From Alphaproteobacteria bacterium (GTDB taxonomy: Bacteria; Pseudomonadota; Alphaproteobacteria; Micavibrionales; Micavibrionaceae): 64,000 bases of DNA. The DNA lies in assembly GCA_028289285.1 (NCBI GenBank), contig JANQRF010000007.1, positions 127,696 to 191,695 on the forward strand, written 5' to 3'. A model generated the notes under the pieces. It did no database searches. It saw nothing but the letters and a program-made list of their open reading frames with translations, and was not told the DNA's origin. The translations under genes and the position numbers were made by a program. This document shows, in pieces, positions 29,149 to 38,907 of this stretch (position 1 is its first letter; every line of letters begins with the position of its first letter).

Positions 29149-29580
29149 TCAATCCTTTGTCGGAAGTATATGTAAGCTGAAATCTATAGGGATTCCAAGG
29201 GTTTTATAGAGATTTTGGGCGGCCTCGTTGTTTTTGTCGGCCAGCCAGTAAATCCGCGCCCAGCTTTGGGATTTACCGGTTTCCGCCAGTTCCCAGACCA
29301 TGCGCCGTGCAATACCTTTGCGGCGGTGATCTTCATGGACATAGAGATCCTGCATATAACAGACAGGCTCAACCTGCCCGGTGGTGGGGTGAAGAATATA
29401 ATGAAGAATGCCGATGAGTATATCGTCTTCGAAAGCGCCGAGGCCGAAAACATGTTCTTTAGGATTGCAGATGCGCCGCCAGGTTTCCGCCGTCACCTCA
29501 TCTGAAATTTTCCCTTCGCAATTCGCCTGCCAAAGGGGCAGCCACACATCGTAATCTGATTTTTGAAGCGGGCGGATCAT
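29149..29580 (-). CDS. GNAT family N-acetyltransferase
   Basis: LYVHEDHRRKGIARRMV is a GNAT motif A (R/Q-x-x-G-x-A). At 143 aa it sits 6 nt from both pheS and pheT. Confidence 0.85.
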   Translation of the reverse strand: MIRPLQKSDYDVWLPLWQANCEGKISDEVTAETWRRICNPKEHVFGLGAFEDDILIGILHYILHPTTGQVEPVCYMQDLYVHEDHRRKGIARRMVWELAETGKSQSWARIYWLADKNNEAAQNLYKTLGIPIDFSLHILPTKD

Positions 29581-29586
29581 CCGCGC

Positions 29587-30675
29587 TTACTTTGTTGCAC
29601 GATTGGGGCGGTCAAGCGGATCGAAGCCGTAATGCTCCAGCCAGCGCACATCGCTTTCAAAAAAGGTCCGTAAATCCGGAATGCCGTATTTAAGCATTGC
29701 AATGCGTTCCACGCCCAGGCCCCAGGCAAAGCCCTGATATTCATCCGGGTCGAGGCCGCAATTTTTAATGACGTTCGGATGGACCATGCCGCAGCCCAGA
29801 ATTTCCAGCCAATCATCGCCGGCACCGATTTTTAAGCCCCCATCTTTGCGCGAGCAACCAATATCCATTTCTGCAGATGGCTCTGTGAAGGGGAAGAAAG
29901 ACGGGCGGAATTGCACGGGCAGATCGTCCATTTCAAAATAGGCGCGGGCGAAATCCATGAGACAGCCTTTGAGATGGCCCATATGAATGTCTTTATCAAT
30001 GACAAGCCCTTCGCACTGATGAAACATCGGCGTGTGCGTGATGTCGTAATCGGATCGGTAGGTGCGGCCCATCACGACAATCTTGATCGGCACGCCTTGT
30101 TCCTGCATGGCACGAATTTGAACGGTGGATGTATGTGTACGCAGGAGTTTCTTGGCCGCTTCCCCTTGTTCGTCCGGATCGTCGGGCAGGTAAAATGTAT
30201 CGTGCATTTCACGCGCCGGATGTCCGGGCGGGAAGTTCAGCGCGGTAAAATTATGCCAGTCATCTTCGATGTCCGGCCCTTCGGCTAATTTAAAACCCAT
30301 GCTTCCGAAAATACTGACCAGCTCATCCATGGTTTGTGAAATCGGGTGAATGGAGCCTTTGGCCTCGGGGCGCGGGGAAAGCGTGACATCGGCCTTTTCA
30401 GTATCAAGCCGCTCATCGAGCGCCTGTTTTTTGAGCGCGCGTTCTTGTTTATCAATCAGAGCCGCAATTTCATCTTTGAGCAGGTTCAGCGCGGCGCCCG
30501 CCTCTTTGCGCGCATCCGGGTCCATTTTGCCAAGGCCCTTCATCTGCTCGGTGATTTTGCCTTTTTTGCCGAGCGCTGCCACGCGCGCGGCCTCCAGAGC
30601 ACTTAGATCATTGGCCGCTTCGACCATCTGGATTAATTCTGTTTTCAAGTCATTCATATCAATCATATCCGTCAT
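29587..30675 (-). CDS. pheS: phenylalanine--tRNA ligase alpha subunit
   Basis: Class II motifs are present ([43 protein letters not shown]). Length is 362 aa. Confidence 0.95.
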   Translation of the reverse strand: MTDMIDMNDLKTELIQMVEAANDLSALEAARVAALGKKGKITEQMKGLGKMDPDARKEAGAALNLLKDEIAALIDKQERALKKQALDERLDTEKADVTLSPRPEAKGSIHPISQTMDELVSIFGSMGFKLAEGPDIEDDWHNFTALNFPPGHPAREMHDTFYLPDDPDEQGEAAKKLLRTHTSTVQIRAMQEQGVPIKIVVMGRTYRSDYDITHTPMFHQCEGLVIDKDIHMGHLKGCLMDFARAYFEMDDLPVQFRPSFFPFTEPSAEMDIGCSRKDGGLKIGAGDDWLEILGCGMVHPNVIKNCGLDPDEYQGFAWGLGVERIAMLKYGIPDLRTFFESDVRWLEHYGFDPLDRPNRATK

Positions 30676-30737
30676 CGTATAAGGGTTTTAGCGGTCCAGC
30701 GCCTAAAGCGCAAGATATACGGTTAACATGCTATTTT

Positions 30738-31634
30738 TTATAAAAAGGCTTCCCGGAGCCCGGTTCTAAGCCACTGATGTGCGGGATCGCTCTCATACTT
30801 AGGATGCCATATCATACGAATTTTTTGCGGCTGAATGGAAAAGGGATATGGGCACCAATCCAGGTTGAATTGTTTTGCAAAAGATAAGGACAGTCTTTTT
30901 GGCGCGGTCAAAATATAATCCGGTCTCTTTTGCGCCAGATGATAGCCGAGAACATAGTAAGGGACGGAAATCGCAATATGTCTTGATTTGCCGAAAGAGG
31001 CCAGATTTTCATCTATGATTGAAGGCTTAAAGGCACTCATGCCCACTCTTATGTGCTGTGCTTCCAGATATTGTTTTTTGGTTAAAGCTTTTTTGCGCGT
31101 GCCTTTCCTAAAAAGACAAATGAACGTTTCATCATATAAGTCGCATGCCGGAAAATCATTCTGATTGCTGAAATTTCCTAGAATAAGACCGGTTTTATTG
31201 TCAAAGATCTGATCGAAATTAATCGTCCGGTTAAAGTTGCTGACAAAGGCTGCACATTGCGGCGCCTGTTTTTTTAAGTAATCAGTGATGATCGGCATCG
31301 CATAGAAAGCCATATATTCCGGCATGCCTAAATAAAATTTATAATCTGATGTTTTCGGATCAAATGATTTTTGTTTAAAGGATATGTCCTGAGCTTGTTT
31401 AAGAACATGTTCTAAATCTGAAACAATGGATAAAGCAAACGGTGTTGGTTCCAGGTTTTTTCCGGATTTAACAAGCAGGTCATCTTTAAAATGTCCCCGC
31501 AATCTTCCCAAAGCATGCGAGATGGCAGGTTGTGTCAGTCCAAGGTTTCTGGCGGTATGCGTCGTATTATGCGTGTACAGCAAGTCTTGCAAGATGGGGA
31601 GGAGATTCAAATCAAAGCTGCGTAAAGTCTTCAT
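30738..31634 (-). CDS. LysR-family transcriptional regulator
   Basis: The N-terminal wHTH FDLNLLPILQDLLYTHNTTHTARNLGLTQPAISHALGRLR and a substrate-binding C-terminal part are present. Length is 298 aa. Confidence 0.9.
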   Translation of the reverse strand: MKTLRSFDLNLLPILQDLLYTHNTTHTARNLGLTQPAISHALGRLRGHFKDDLLVKSGKNLEPTPFALSIVSDLEHVLKQAQDISFKQKSFDPKTSDYKFYLGMPEYMAFYAMPIITDYLKKQAPQCAAFVSNFNRTINFDQIFDNKTGLILGNFSNQNDFPACDLYDETFICLFRKGTRKKALTKKQYLEAQHIRVGMSAFKPSIIDENLASFGKSRHIAISVPYYVLGYHLAQKRPDYILTAPKRLSLSFAKQFNLDWCPYPFSIQPQKIRMIWHPKYESDPAHQWLRTGLREAFL

Positions 31635-31635
31635 A

Positions 31636-31658
31636 ATATATGAATACCATTCATATAT
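31636..31658. promoter_or_regulatory. LysR-type T-N11-A operator palindrome
   Basis: ATATATGAAT-ACC-ATTCATATAT is a perfect 10-bp inverted repeat. Its core TGAATACCATTCA fits T-N11-A. It starts 2 nt upstream of the LysR ATG, in the divergent spacer. Confidence 0.55.
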
Positions 31659-31737
31659 ATAATTATAAATATAAATTTTATTTTTTATAAAAAATCTCCT
31701 TAAGTATTAAAACATAAGATATTTAAAGGAGGGCGTT

Positions 31738-32133
31738 ATGTCTGAAGCTAAGCCGATTGATTATCAAAATGTGAATAAAGAAAGTGATTTTCTTATTCTT
31801 GAAGTTTTTAATAATGTCGTTAAGGAAAACTGGCCCGAAGAAATAAGAGCTCAGTTTGTTTATAATGACAGCGCGGATAATGATGATCCCTGGTATACGT
31901 ATTATGTTCTGGGCCCTAAAGGGGGTGTCTTTTGTATGGGGTTAAGGTTTGATCCCGACACCAGACATACATTGCAAAAAATAAAATCACGAACATATAA
32001 GGTTGCAAGTGGTGATAACCACATCACTTTGGAGTTTAGCCGAAAAGCGAAAACGGCAACTTATACTCTTGTTACAAATGGTGAGGCAGAGCGGCATAAG
32101 CTTACACAAAAGCCTGCTCCTTACCGCAGTTAA
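31738..32133 (+). CDS. hypothetical protein (131 aa), likely LysR target
   Basis: A strong SD (AAGGAGG) lies 5 nt before the ATG. The gene is divergent from the LysR gene. No family was recognised. Confidence 0.55.
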   Translation: MSEAKPIDYQNVNKESDFLILEVFNNVVKENWPEEIRAQFVYNDSADNDDPWYTYYVLGPKGGVFCMGLRFDPDTRHTLQKIKSRTYKVASGDNHITLEFSRKAKTATYTLVTNGEAERHKLTQKPAPYRS

Positions 32134-32155
32134 AAATGGGCTTTAAAGAGGGCGG

Positions 32156-32533
32156 CTAAATTTCGACCAGATCCCGTTGGGAGAGCATGCTGACAACCTC
32201 GCCATACTCGCCGACGATCGGCACGTGACGGAAATTGCCTTCCATCATCAGCTTGACGGCATCCTCGATTGTATCTTCCGGCGTGAGAATTTTTATATCC
32301 GAGGTCATGATATGTTCAAGTGCGACCGTGCCCGGACTTATGTTTTTGGCTGTGACCCGGCGCAGCAAGTCCCGTTCCGTGACAATCCCGGCCAGCATCT
32401 TGCCTTCGGTCACTATCACCGATCCGATATTGCGCTCTGACATGGCAACGGCGGCATCCATAACTGTTGTCTTTTTGTCCATAGACAGAACATTCTGATT
32501 TTTTTGAAAAGCTTCCGTATCTTTAACTTTCAT
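32156..32533 (-). CDS. CBS-pair domain protein
   Basis: Two CBS repeats are present (IGSVIVTEGKMLAGIVTERDLL, FRHVPIVGEYGEVVSMLSQRDLV). The start is placed at MKVKDTEAF (ATG 32533, GGAG 6 nt upstream). The ORF track extends to 32623, overlapping the HAD gene. Confidence 0.8.
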   Translation of the reverse strand: MKVKDTEAFQKNQNVLSMDKKTTVMDAAVAMSERNIGSVIVTEGKMLAGIVTERDLLRRVTAKNISPGTVALEHIMTSDIKILTPEDTIEDAVKLMMEGNFRHVPIVGEYGEVVSMLSQRDLVEI

Positions 32534-32604
32534 CATCAACTCCACATGCAAGTCAGTATAAGCAAGCATGATACCATAAAGAGTTTGCTTTTCCGTTAAA
32601 GCGC

Positions 32605-33282
32605 CTACGTTTGTAGGCTCCATTCATGCATTAAAATCGGCTTTATTTCGCTTAAGGTATCAATCACATAGTCTTTTTTATAGTGCTCCAGCCGCGCCGG
32701 GGAAAGCAGCCCGCCGGAAATAGATATACCCAAAATGCCAAGCTGGCGGGCAAGTTCCGGTTCCTCGTGGGAATCGCCGATGATGAAGGTTTTATCGGCG
32801 CTGTAACCGTTTTCGGTCATATAGGATTCAAGTCTTTGACGTTTGCTTAAGCCCGTCACAAGGGTCGCAATATTATCATTGCCCGAAATGCTCTCGAAAT
32901 AATGTGCGATCGGAAAACGTGCAACGTCTTGTGTCAGAGATTTCGTATTATGGTTGCTCAGGATTTTGCACTTCACATCATGATGGGTGAGCCAGTCGAG
33001 AAGTTCAATCGCACCATCTGCCAGGCCGCATTTCACATTTTCACGCTCATAGGCCTGCAAAAAACATTCTCCGACCTCTTTTGCGTTTTTAAGGTAGTCG
33101 TCAACGGAGATGCCCATCTTTTCGTAAAAGTGAATGAGCGGGAATGTAAAATTTTCCTGCTCTTCTTCAATCGTGATGGGCCCTTTGCCGAAAAAGGCAA
33201 GCGAGGCGTTCGTGCCGATATGGGTGGCTTCCATATCGTCAAACAATGTTCCATTCCAGTCAAAAACAGCTAGGTACGTCAT
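32605..33282 (-). CDS. HAD-superfamily hydrolase (phosphoglycolate-phosphatase-like)
   Basis: DxD motif I (AVFDWNGTLFDD), motif II SN and motif IV GDSHED are present. Length is 225 aa. Confidence 0.82.
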   Translation of the reverse strand: MTYLAVFDWNGTLFDDMEATHIGTNASLAFFGKGPITIEEEQENFTFPLIHFYEKMGISVDDYLKNAKEVGECFLQAYERENVKCGLADGAIELLDWLTHHDVKCKILSNHNTKSLTQDVARFPIAHYFESISGNDNIATLVTGLSKRQRLESYMTENGYSADKTFIIGDSHEEPELARQLGILGISISGGLLSPARLEHYKKDYVIDTLSEIKPILMHEWSLQT

Positions 33283-33302
33283 GAGAAGATCATAAACAAA
33301 AT

Positions 33303-33326
33303 AAAAGCCCCGGAAAGGGGCTTTTT
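33303..33326 (-). terminator. hairpin terminator downstream of rplT
   Basis: AGCCCC-GGAAA-GGGGCT stem-loop flanked by A/T runs on both sides, so potentially bidirectional. Confidence 0.7.
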
Positions 33327-33347
33327 GAATTCTTATGTTTTTAAAGC

Positions 33348-33704
33348 TTATTTGAGAGCAGCTTGCGCGGCTTCGGCAATTTCTGCAAAAGCGGCTTCAT
33401 CGCGGGCGGCGATATCTGCAAGCACTTTGCGGTCCAGATCAATGCCTGCTTTTTTGAGGCCGTTCATGAAGACCGAATAGGTCATGCCATTGGCGCGGGC
33501 AGCTGCGTTAATACGCTGAATCCACAGCGCGCGGAAATTACGCTTTTTCTGCTTGCGGCCGATATAGGCATATTGGCCTGCTTTTTCGACAGCCTGAACA
33601 GCTGTGCGGTAGCAATTCTTCCGGCGGCCGTAATAGCCTTTGGCTTTCTTGATAACTTTTCTGTGCCGTGCATGGGCGGCAACCCCTTTATTCACGCGGG
33701 CCAT
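33348..33704 (-). CDS. rplT: 50S ribosomal protein L20
   Basis: [30 protein letters not shown] is the canonical L20 sequence. Confidence 0.97.
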   Translation of the reverse strand: MARVNKGVAAHARHRKVIKKAKGYYGRRKNCYRTAVQAVEKAGQYAYIGRKQKKRNFRALWIQRINAAARANGMTYSVFMNGLKKAGIDLDRKVLADIAARDEAAFAEIAEAAQAALK

Positions 33705-33944
33705 TTAAGCACCTCCATCGGTGTTAGAGGATTTCTTCACTTTCCGGCCATAAGGCAGGAAGTTGCGCAGCACGATGCGGGCATCGGCTTTGGACAGCAC
33801 ACCGGTGCGGCGGGCTTTACGCTTCATTGATTTTGGCTTGTTTTGCATCATGTGGGAGGTAAAGGCCTGTCCTGCTTTGACTTTGCCCTTACGGCTCACC
33901 TTGAACCGCTTTTTGGCGGAACTTTTGGTTTTCATTTTCGGCAT
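33705..33944 (-). CDS. rpmI: 50S ribosomal protein L35
   Basis: [16 protein letters not shown] is the canonical L35 start. The stop directly abuts the rplT ATG. The C-terminus is about 12 aa longer than a typical L35. Confidence 0.9.
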   Translation of the reverse strand: MPKMKTKSSAKKRFKVSRKGKVKAGQAFTSHMMQNKPKSMKRKARRTGVLSKADARIVLRNFLPYGRKVKKSSNTDGGA

Positions 33945-34048
33945 TTGTTATCTCCTTGATATATTTATATAAATTGCTCTTACGAGGCAGCCGTTTTCGC
34001 CAGCAGAGCTGTTATCAGGCGGGTTATAGCCTGATTAAAGGGCCAAAA

Positions 34049-34816
34049 TCAAGCATATCTTTCAAGGAACTGGCCCATATGATAGGCGATCATCTGGCGG
34101 TGACGCGGGTCGGTGAGACCGTGTTCGCCGTCCTGATAGCTGGTCAGGTCGAGCCGGGGCGCAATAATTTTTTCTTTTAGAATATCCAGCTGGTCTACCG
34201 GGACGATGTCATCCTGCACGCCATGTTGGACCATCACCGGAATATTCAGCTCAGGGACGACCGGGATTTTTGTTTCAGAAAGCTCTTTGATTAAGCGCAA
34301 ACCGATATTGCGCTCGCTAAAAACTTTAAATCCGGACAAATCACTAAGCTTTTCTATGCCCGGCATTGGAAAATTGCTTTGACCAAACGCAGCCGGGTTC
34401 ATCACCGGCCAGAACAAAAACATCATTTCGATATTTTTCGTCATATTGGCCAGCGTCAGCCAGGCGCCAAGACCTTCGCCAACAACGATAATACGGCTAT
34501 AGCCTTCTTTTTCCGCCCAACTAAAAACACCTTGCAGATCATGCTGCGCGGAGCTTAAAGAAAAGTCCTGCGTGCGGCCTGTGCTCTGGCCGCAACCATG
34601 AAAATCAAAGCGTAAAGTCGGAATGGCCTGCGCATCAAAAATGTTATTTAAAAAGCCGAAAAAATCGCCGTGCGCGTCTTTATCGCCTGGAAAGCCGTGC
34701 ACCATAATGACCAGCCGGTCATTTTTAATCGATGAAAGGGTTTTTTCCGGTTCGGACAGAACAGCAGCCAGAGGCTGTTTGAGCTGTTCGTCTCTCAGTT
34801 CGACTTTATGGTCCAT
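34049..34816 (-). CDS. alpha/beta-hydrolase-fold protein (nucleophile position is Gly)
   Basis: MVHGFPGD..., an elbow VVGEGLGAW, and later DD and GEHG are present. The elbow reads G-E-G-L-G rather than G-x-S-x-G. Confidence 0.7.
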   Translation of the reverse strand: MDHKVELRDEQLKQPLAAVLSEPEKTLSSIKNDRLVIMVHGFPGDKDAHGDFFGFLNNIFDAQAIPTLRFDFHGCGQSTGRTQDFSLSSAQHDLQGVFSWAEKEGYSRIIVVGEGLGAWLTLANMTKNIEMMFLFWPVMNPAAFGQSNFPMPGIEKLSDLSGFKVFSERNIGLRLIKELSETKIPVVPELNIPVMVQHGVQDDIVPVDQLDILKEKIIAPRLDLTSYQDGEHGLTDPRHRQMIAYHMGQFLERYA

Positions 34817-34819
34817 TGA

Positions 34820-35344
34820 TTACTCTTCGCGCCGCGCCATCGGGGTGGCATATTGAATCTCAAGATCCCAGGGAAAGTGAATCCAGGTATCCTGGGAAAC
34901 TTCCATGATAAAGGTATCGGTTTGCTGCGCGCCCTGAGGCTTGGCATACAGGCTTGCATAATGTGCTTTTGGCAGATGTTCGCGCGCGAGTTTAAAGGTA
35001 CTGCCCGTATCAACGAGATCGTCAATCACCAGCCAGCCTTCGCCTTGGTTTTCAAGCGCAAGCTGCGGCATTTTCAGGATTTTGGTTTCCGATTGATCTT
35101 TAATATCATAGCTGGAGATACAAAATGTTTCGATCAGTAAAATCTCAAGCTCACGGGCCATGATGCAGGCAGGCACCATACCACCGCGCGTAATGGCAAT
35201 GACGCCGTGCCATGTCCCGTTTTCGCCCGGGCCTTGCCCCAAAAGCCGCCAGGCCAGTGCCCGTGCATTGCGGTGCATTTCATCCCAGGACACAGGAAAA
35301 TCCTTGCGATAAGAATCGGTGGTCTTAAAATGATCTTCGGTCAT
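34820..35344 (-). CDS. gpt: xanthine-guanine phosphoribosyltransferase
   Basis: [17 protein letters not shown]... and the PRPP loop [12 protein letters not shown] are present. Length is 174 aa. Confidence 0.88.
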   Translation of the reverse strand: MTEDHFKTTDSYRKDFPVSWDEMHRNARALAWRLLGQGPGENGTWHGVIAITRGGMVPACIMARELEILLIETFCISSYDIKDQSETKILKMPQLALENQGEGWLVIDDLVDTGSTFKLAREHLPKAHYASLYAKPQGAQQTDTFIMEVSQDTWIHFPWDLEIQYATPMARREE

Positions 35345-35403
35345 GCTTTATGTACGATACCTGATTTAAGAGCGCTTATCTACGGGGTAAGCGAAAAAGA
35401 AAA

Positions 35404-36132
35404 ATGATTTTTGTTAGATATGTCATCGGCTTGTGTTTTGCGGTTTTTGTCTGCCTTGGGTTGCCTGCGTTTGCGCAGAATGTAAAGCCGCCCGTGGTCA
35501 TAGAGCTTTTCACTTCTGAAGTGTGCGGCTATTGCCCGCCGGCAGATGAGTTTTTAGGCGAGCTATCTGAGCAGGAGGGCATTATTGCGCTGGCCTGCCA
35601 TGTCGATTATTTCAGCTCTGCCCGCACAAAAATGAATTTTGAAAAACCGTTCTGTGCACAGCGGCAAAGCAATTACGTTTCGCGCAATAAAAACATGACA
35701 CAAAAATATACGCCGCAAATGATTTTCAATGGCGGGCATGAAGCGATCGGGACCAAGCCGGATAAAGTAGGTGCAGCGATTTTAAAAGCGCGCGGTGAAA
35801 ATATTAAGCGTCTTGTCTTATCGCCCAAAAGTGCTTCTGAATACACATTGATCCTGCCTGATTTACATCAGGGGCAAAGGCCGCAAATTGATCTTGTTTT
35901 AATTTCTTTCAGGAAACCTCAAACAGTGACCATGACTAGCGGGCCGAATATGGGCCAGCAGGTAACTTACACGAATGTTGTCCATAGCCAGCATTCTTTA
36001 GGGTCCTGGGACGGGAGGGCCGGCATTCGGAATATCACCTCGTCAGCTTCGCCCAATATTGGCGGTTTTGCCGTGCTGGCACAGGCGCGCGGCAGCGGGA
36101 AGATTGTCGCGGCAGGGTCTGTCAGAAGATAA
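35404..36132 (+). CDS. DUF1223 domain protein (secreted, thioredoxin-like CxxC)
   Basis: A signal peptide and ELFTSEVCGYCPPADEFL...CHVDYF are present, the characteristic DUF1223 pattern. Confidence 0.82.
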   Translation: MIFVRYVIGLCFAVFVCLGLPAFAQNVKPPVVIELFTSEVCGYCPPADEFLGELSEQEGIIALACHVDYFSSARTKMNFEKPFCAQRQSNYVSRNKNMTQKYTPQMIFNGGHEAIGTKPDKVGAAILKARGENIKRLVLSPKSASEYTLILPDLHQGQRPQIDLVLISFRKPQTVTMTSGPNMGQQVTYTNVVHSQHSLGSWDGRAGIRNITSSASPNIGGFAVLAQARGSGKIVAAGSVRR

Positions 36133-38904
36133 TTAATGCGCTTCGTTCCAGCTTGTGCCGGACCCGGCTTCAGCCACAAGCGGCACATCAAGCTGCACAA
36201 CATTCTCCATGATGTCTTTAATAAGCGCGGATGTGTCATCAAGTTCTTTTTCAGGCACTTCAAAAATAAGTTCATCATGGACCTGCAAAAGCATTTTTGC
36301 GCCAAGTTTTGTCTCCGGCAATGTGCGGTGAATTTTGATCATGGCCTTTTTCATGATATCGGCGGCTGTGCCCTGTAGGGGCGCATTAATGGCCGCACGC
36401 TCTGCACCTGCCCGCCAGGCGCCGTTCTTGGCATTGATGTTCGGCGTAAAACATTTGCGGCCAAAAAGCGTGGTCACATACTCATGTTTACGGGCCTCTT
36501 CTTTGGTACGCTCCATGTAATCCTGGATTTCACTAAAGGTACTTAAGTATTTTTTGATAAATTCGTTCGCATCACCCGGATCGCAGCCAAGCTGTTTGGC
36601 CAGCCCCCAGCCGGATATGCCGTAGATAATACCGAAATTGACGGCTTTGGCCTGACGGCGAATCTCGGGTGTGACGTCTTTTTCTTTAAGGCCGAAGACC
36701 TGCGCTGCCGTATGAGTATGAATATCGATCCCGTCTTTAAAGGCTTGTTTGAGGGCAGCCACATCTGCCATTTCTGCAGCCAGCCGGAGTTCCACTTGAG
36801 AGTAATCAACTGAGAGAAGCACGCAGCCTTTATCTGCCACAAAGGCTTCACGGATTTTGCGCCCATCTTCGGTGCGGATCGGAATATTTTGTAGGTTCGG
36901 ATCGCTTGAGGCCAGCCGCCCCGTCGATGTGCCCGCCATGGAAAAAGAGGTATGGACTCGCCCGGTTGTCGGGTTAATTTCATCCTGCAGCGCATCTGTG
37001 TAAGTGCTTTTGAGTTTTGAAAGCCCGCGCCATTCTAAAATGTCATCAACAATGTCATGACCTTCAAGGCTGAGTTTCTCGAGTGTATTCACATCTGTCG
37101 ACCACTGGCCGGTCTTGGTTTTCTTGCCGCCTTCCAGACCCATCTGATCAAACAAAATTTCACCGATTTGTTTGGGAGACGCAACGTTAAACTCCGTCCC
37201 GGCCTGTTTGTGAATCTTGGCTTCAAGCTCGATGAGCTTTTTGCCGAAATCCGTGCTCATTTTTTTTAAGATCGTCGGATCAACTTTAATGCCGTGTAAC
37301 TCCATCTGCCCGATGACGGGAATAAGCGGGCGTTCGATATTTTCATACACGCCTGCCATGTGCTCTGCGGCGATGCGCGGTTTAAAAGTGTTGTGTAAAC
37401 GCAGCGTGATATCCGCATCTTCAGCCGCGTAGTCTCTGGCTTTATCAAGCGGGACAAGATCAAAGGTAACTTGCGCTTTGCCCTTGCCTGCAATCTCTTC
37501 ATATTTAATCGGGGTGTGGTCCAGGAACTGTTTTGAGAGTTCATCCATCGCATTGGAATGGCTTGTCCCGTCCACTGTGTAAGAGAGCAGCATCGTATCG
37601 TCGCAGGGTGCCATGTCGATGCCGTGTTTTTTGAGCATCTGCCAGTCATATTTAATATTCTGGCCGATCTTTAAAACAGATTTATCTTCAAGCAGCGGCT
37701 TTAAAAGTTTCAGCGCTTCTTCGAAATTAATCTGGGTGATGTCGTCTTTGCTTTCACCGAGCAAATCCACTTCCTGCCTATGCCCAAGCGGGATATAGGC
37801 GGCTTGCCCAACTTTTGGAGAAATAGAAATCCCGACCAGATCTGCGATGGCAGGGGTCAGATGCGTGGTCTCCGTATCAATCGCTAAAACACCGCTGTCA
37901 TAGCTTCGCGCGATCCAGTCTTTTAAGGTCTTGGTATCCGTGATCAGTACATAATCTGTATGATCAATCGCAGGGATATCTTCCGGGGCTGTTTCATTGG
38001 TTGCCTGCGGCGCCGGGTCATCATTGCTGATCTCCTCGCCAAGGCGGGTGAGGAGTGATTTAAAGCCCTGCTTTCGCAAAAAATCTTTCAGGTGCGGTAA
38101 ATCCGGATCATGTACCTTAAATGTATCTAACGGCACGGGTACAGGCGCATTTTCTTCCAGCTGGACGAGCTGTTTGGAGATGCGGGCCATCTCTGCATGT
38201 TCGATCAGGCTTTCGCGGCGTTTATTTTGTTTGATCTCTTCTGCACGCTCTAAAAGCGTTTCCAGGTCTCCATATTCATTAATAAGCTGCGCGGCTGTTT
38301 TAATGCCAATTCCCGGCACACCGGGCACATTATCTGAACTATCCCCGGCTAAAGATTGCACATCGACAACTTTATCAGGCGTCACGCCGAATTTCTCAAC
38401 GACGCCCGCCTCATCAACAATTTTATCTTTCATCGGATCAAAGATATGAATTTTGTCATCAACAAGCTGCATCAAGTCTTTATCGGATGAAATGATTTTA
38501 ACGCGTGTTCCCTGCGCGGCGGCCTGGCGTGCGTAGGTGGCGATGAGATCATCGGCTTCATACCCTTCCAGTTCAACGGCAGGTAAGCCGAATGCTTCGG
38601 TGGCTTCGCGTACCATTGGGAATTGTGGAATCAGGTCTTCAGGCGTTTCATCGCGGTTGGCTTTATAATCGGCGTAAATCTCGTTGCGGAAATTTATGCG
38701 TGCGGCATCGAAAATCACGGCAATGGCTGCGCCCGGATGTTCTTTTAAAAGCTTTAGAAGCATGTTGGTAAAGCCATAGACCGCTCCGACAGGCAAGCCG
38801 TCGGGGTTGGTCAACGGCGTACGTGATGAATAGGCAAGCGCATAATAGGCCCGGAAAATATAGCCCGAGCCGTCTATCAAATAGAGCTCTGAATTTTTGG
38901 TCAT
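36133..38904 (-). CDS. polA: DNA polymerase I
   Basis: A 5'-3' exonuclease N-terminus (LYLIDGSGYIFRAYYA), a 3'-5' exonuclease domain and pol A-family motifs (DYSQVELRLAA, QVHDELIFE) are present. Length is 923 aa. Confidence 0.97.
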   Translation of the reverse strand: MTKNSELYLIDGSGYIFRAYYALAYSSRTPLTNPDGLPVGAVYGFTNMLLKLLKEHPGAAIAVIFDAARINFRNEIYADYKANRDETPEDLIPQFPMVREATEAFGLPAVELEGYEADDLIATYARQAAAQGTRVKIISSDKDLMQLVDDKIHIFDPMKDKIVDEAGVVEKFGVTPDKVVDVQSLAGDSSDNVPGVPGIGIKTAAQLINEYGDLETLLERAEEIKQNKRRESLIEHAEMARISKQLVQLEENAPVPVPLDTFKVHDPDLPHLKDFLRKQGFKSLLTRLGEEISNDDPAPQATNETAPEDIPAIDHTDYVLITDTKTLKDWIARSYDSGVLAIDTETTHLTPAIADLVGISISPKVGQAAYIPLGHRQEVDLLGESKDDITQINFEEALKLLKPLLEDKSVLKIGQNIKYDWQMLKKHGIDMAPCDDTMLLSYTVDGTSHSNAMDELSKQFLDHTPIKYEEIAGKGKAQVTFDLVPLDKARDYAAEDADITLRLHNTFKPRIAAEHMAGVYENIERPLIPVIGQMELHGIKVDPTILKKMSTDFGKKLIELEAKIHKQAGTEFNVASPKQIGEILFDQMGLEGGKKTKTGQWSTDVNTLEKLSLEGHDIVDDILEWRGLSKLKSTYTDALQDEINPTTGRVHTSFSMAGTSTGRLASSDPNLQNIPIRTEDGRKIREAFVADKGCVLLSVDYSQVELRLAAEMADVAALKQAFKDGIDIHTHTAAQVFGLKEKDVTPEIRRQAKAVNFGIIYGISGWGLAKQLGCDPGDANEFIKKYLSTFSEIQDYMERTKEEARKHEYVTTLFGRKCFTPNINAKNGAWRAGAERAAINAPLQGTAADIMKKAMIKIHRTLPETKLGAKMLLQVHDELIFEVPEKELDDTSALIKDIMENVVQLDVPLVAEAGSGTSWNEAH

Positions 38905-38907
38905 GCT

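Noticed and set aside
33945-34048. L20-binding translational operator upstream of rpmI
   Set aside because: infC is not upstream here, and I could not recognise a pseudoknot or 23S-mimic structure by eye.
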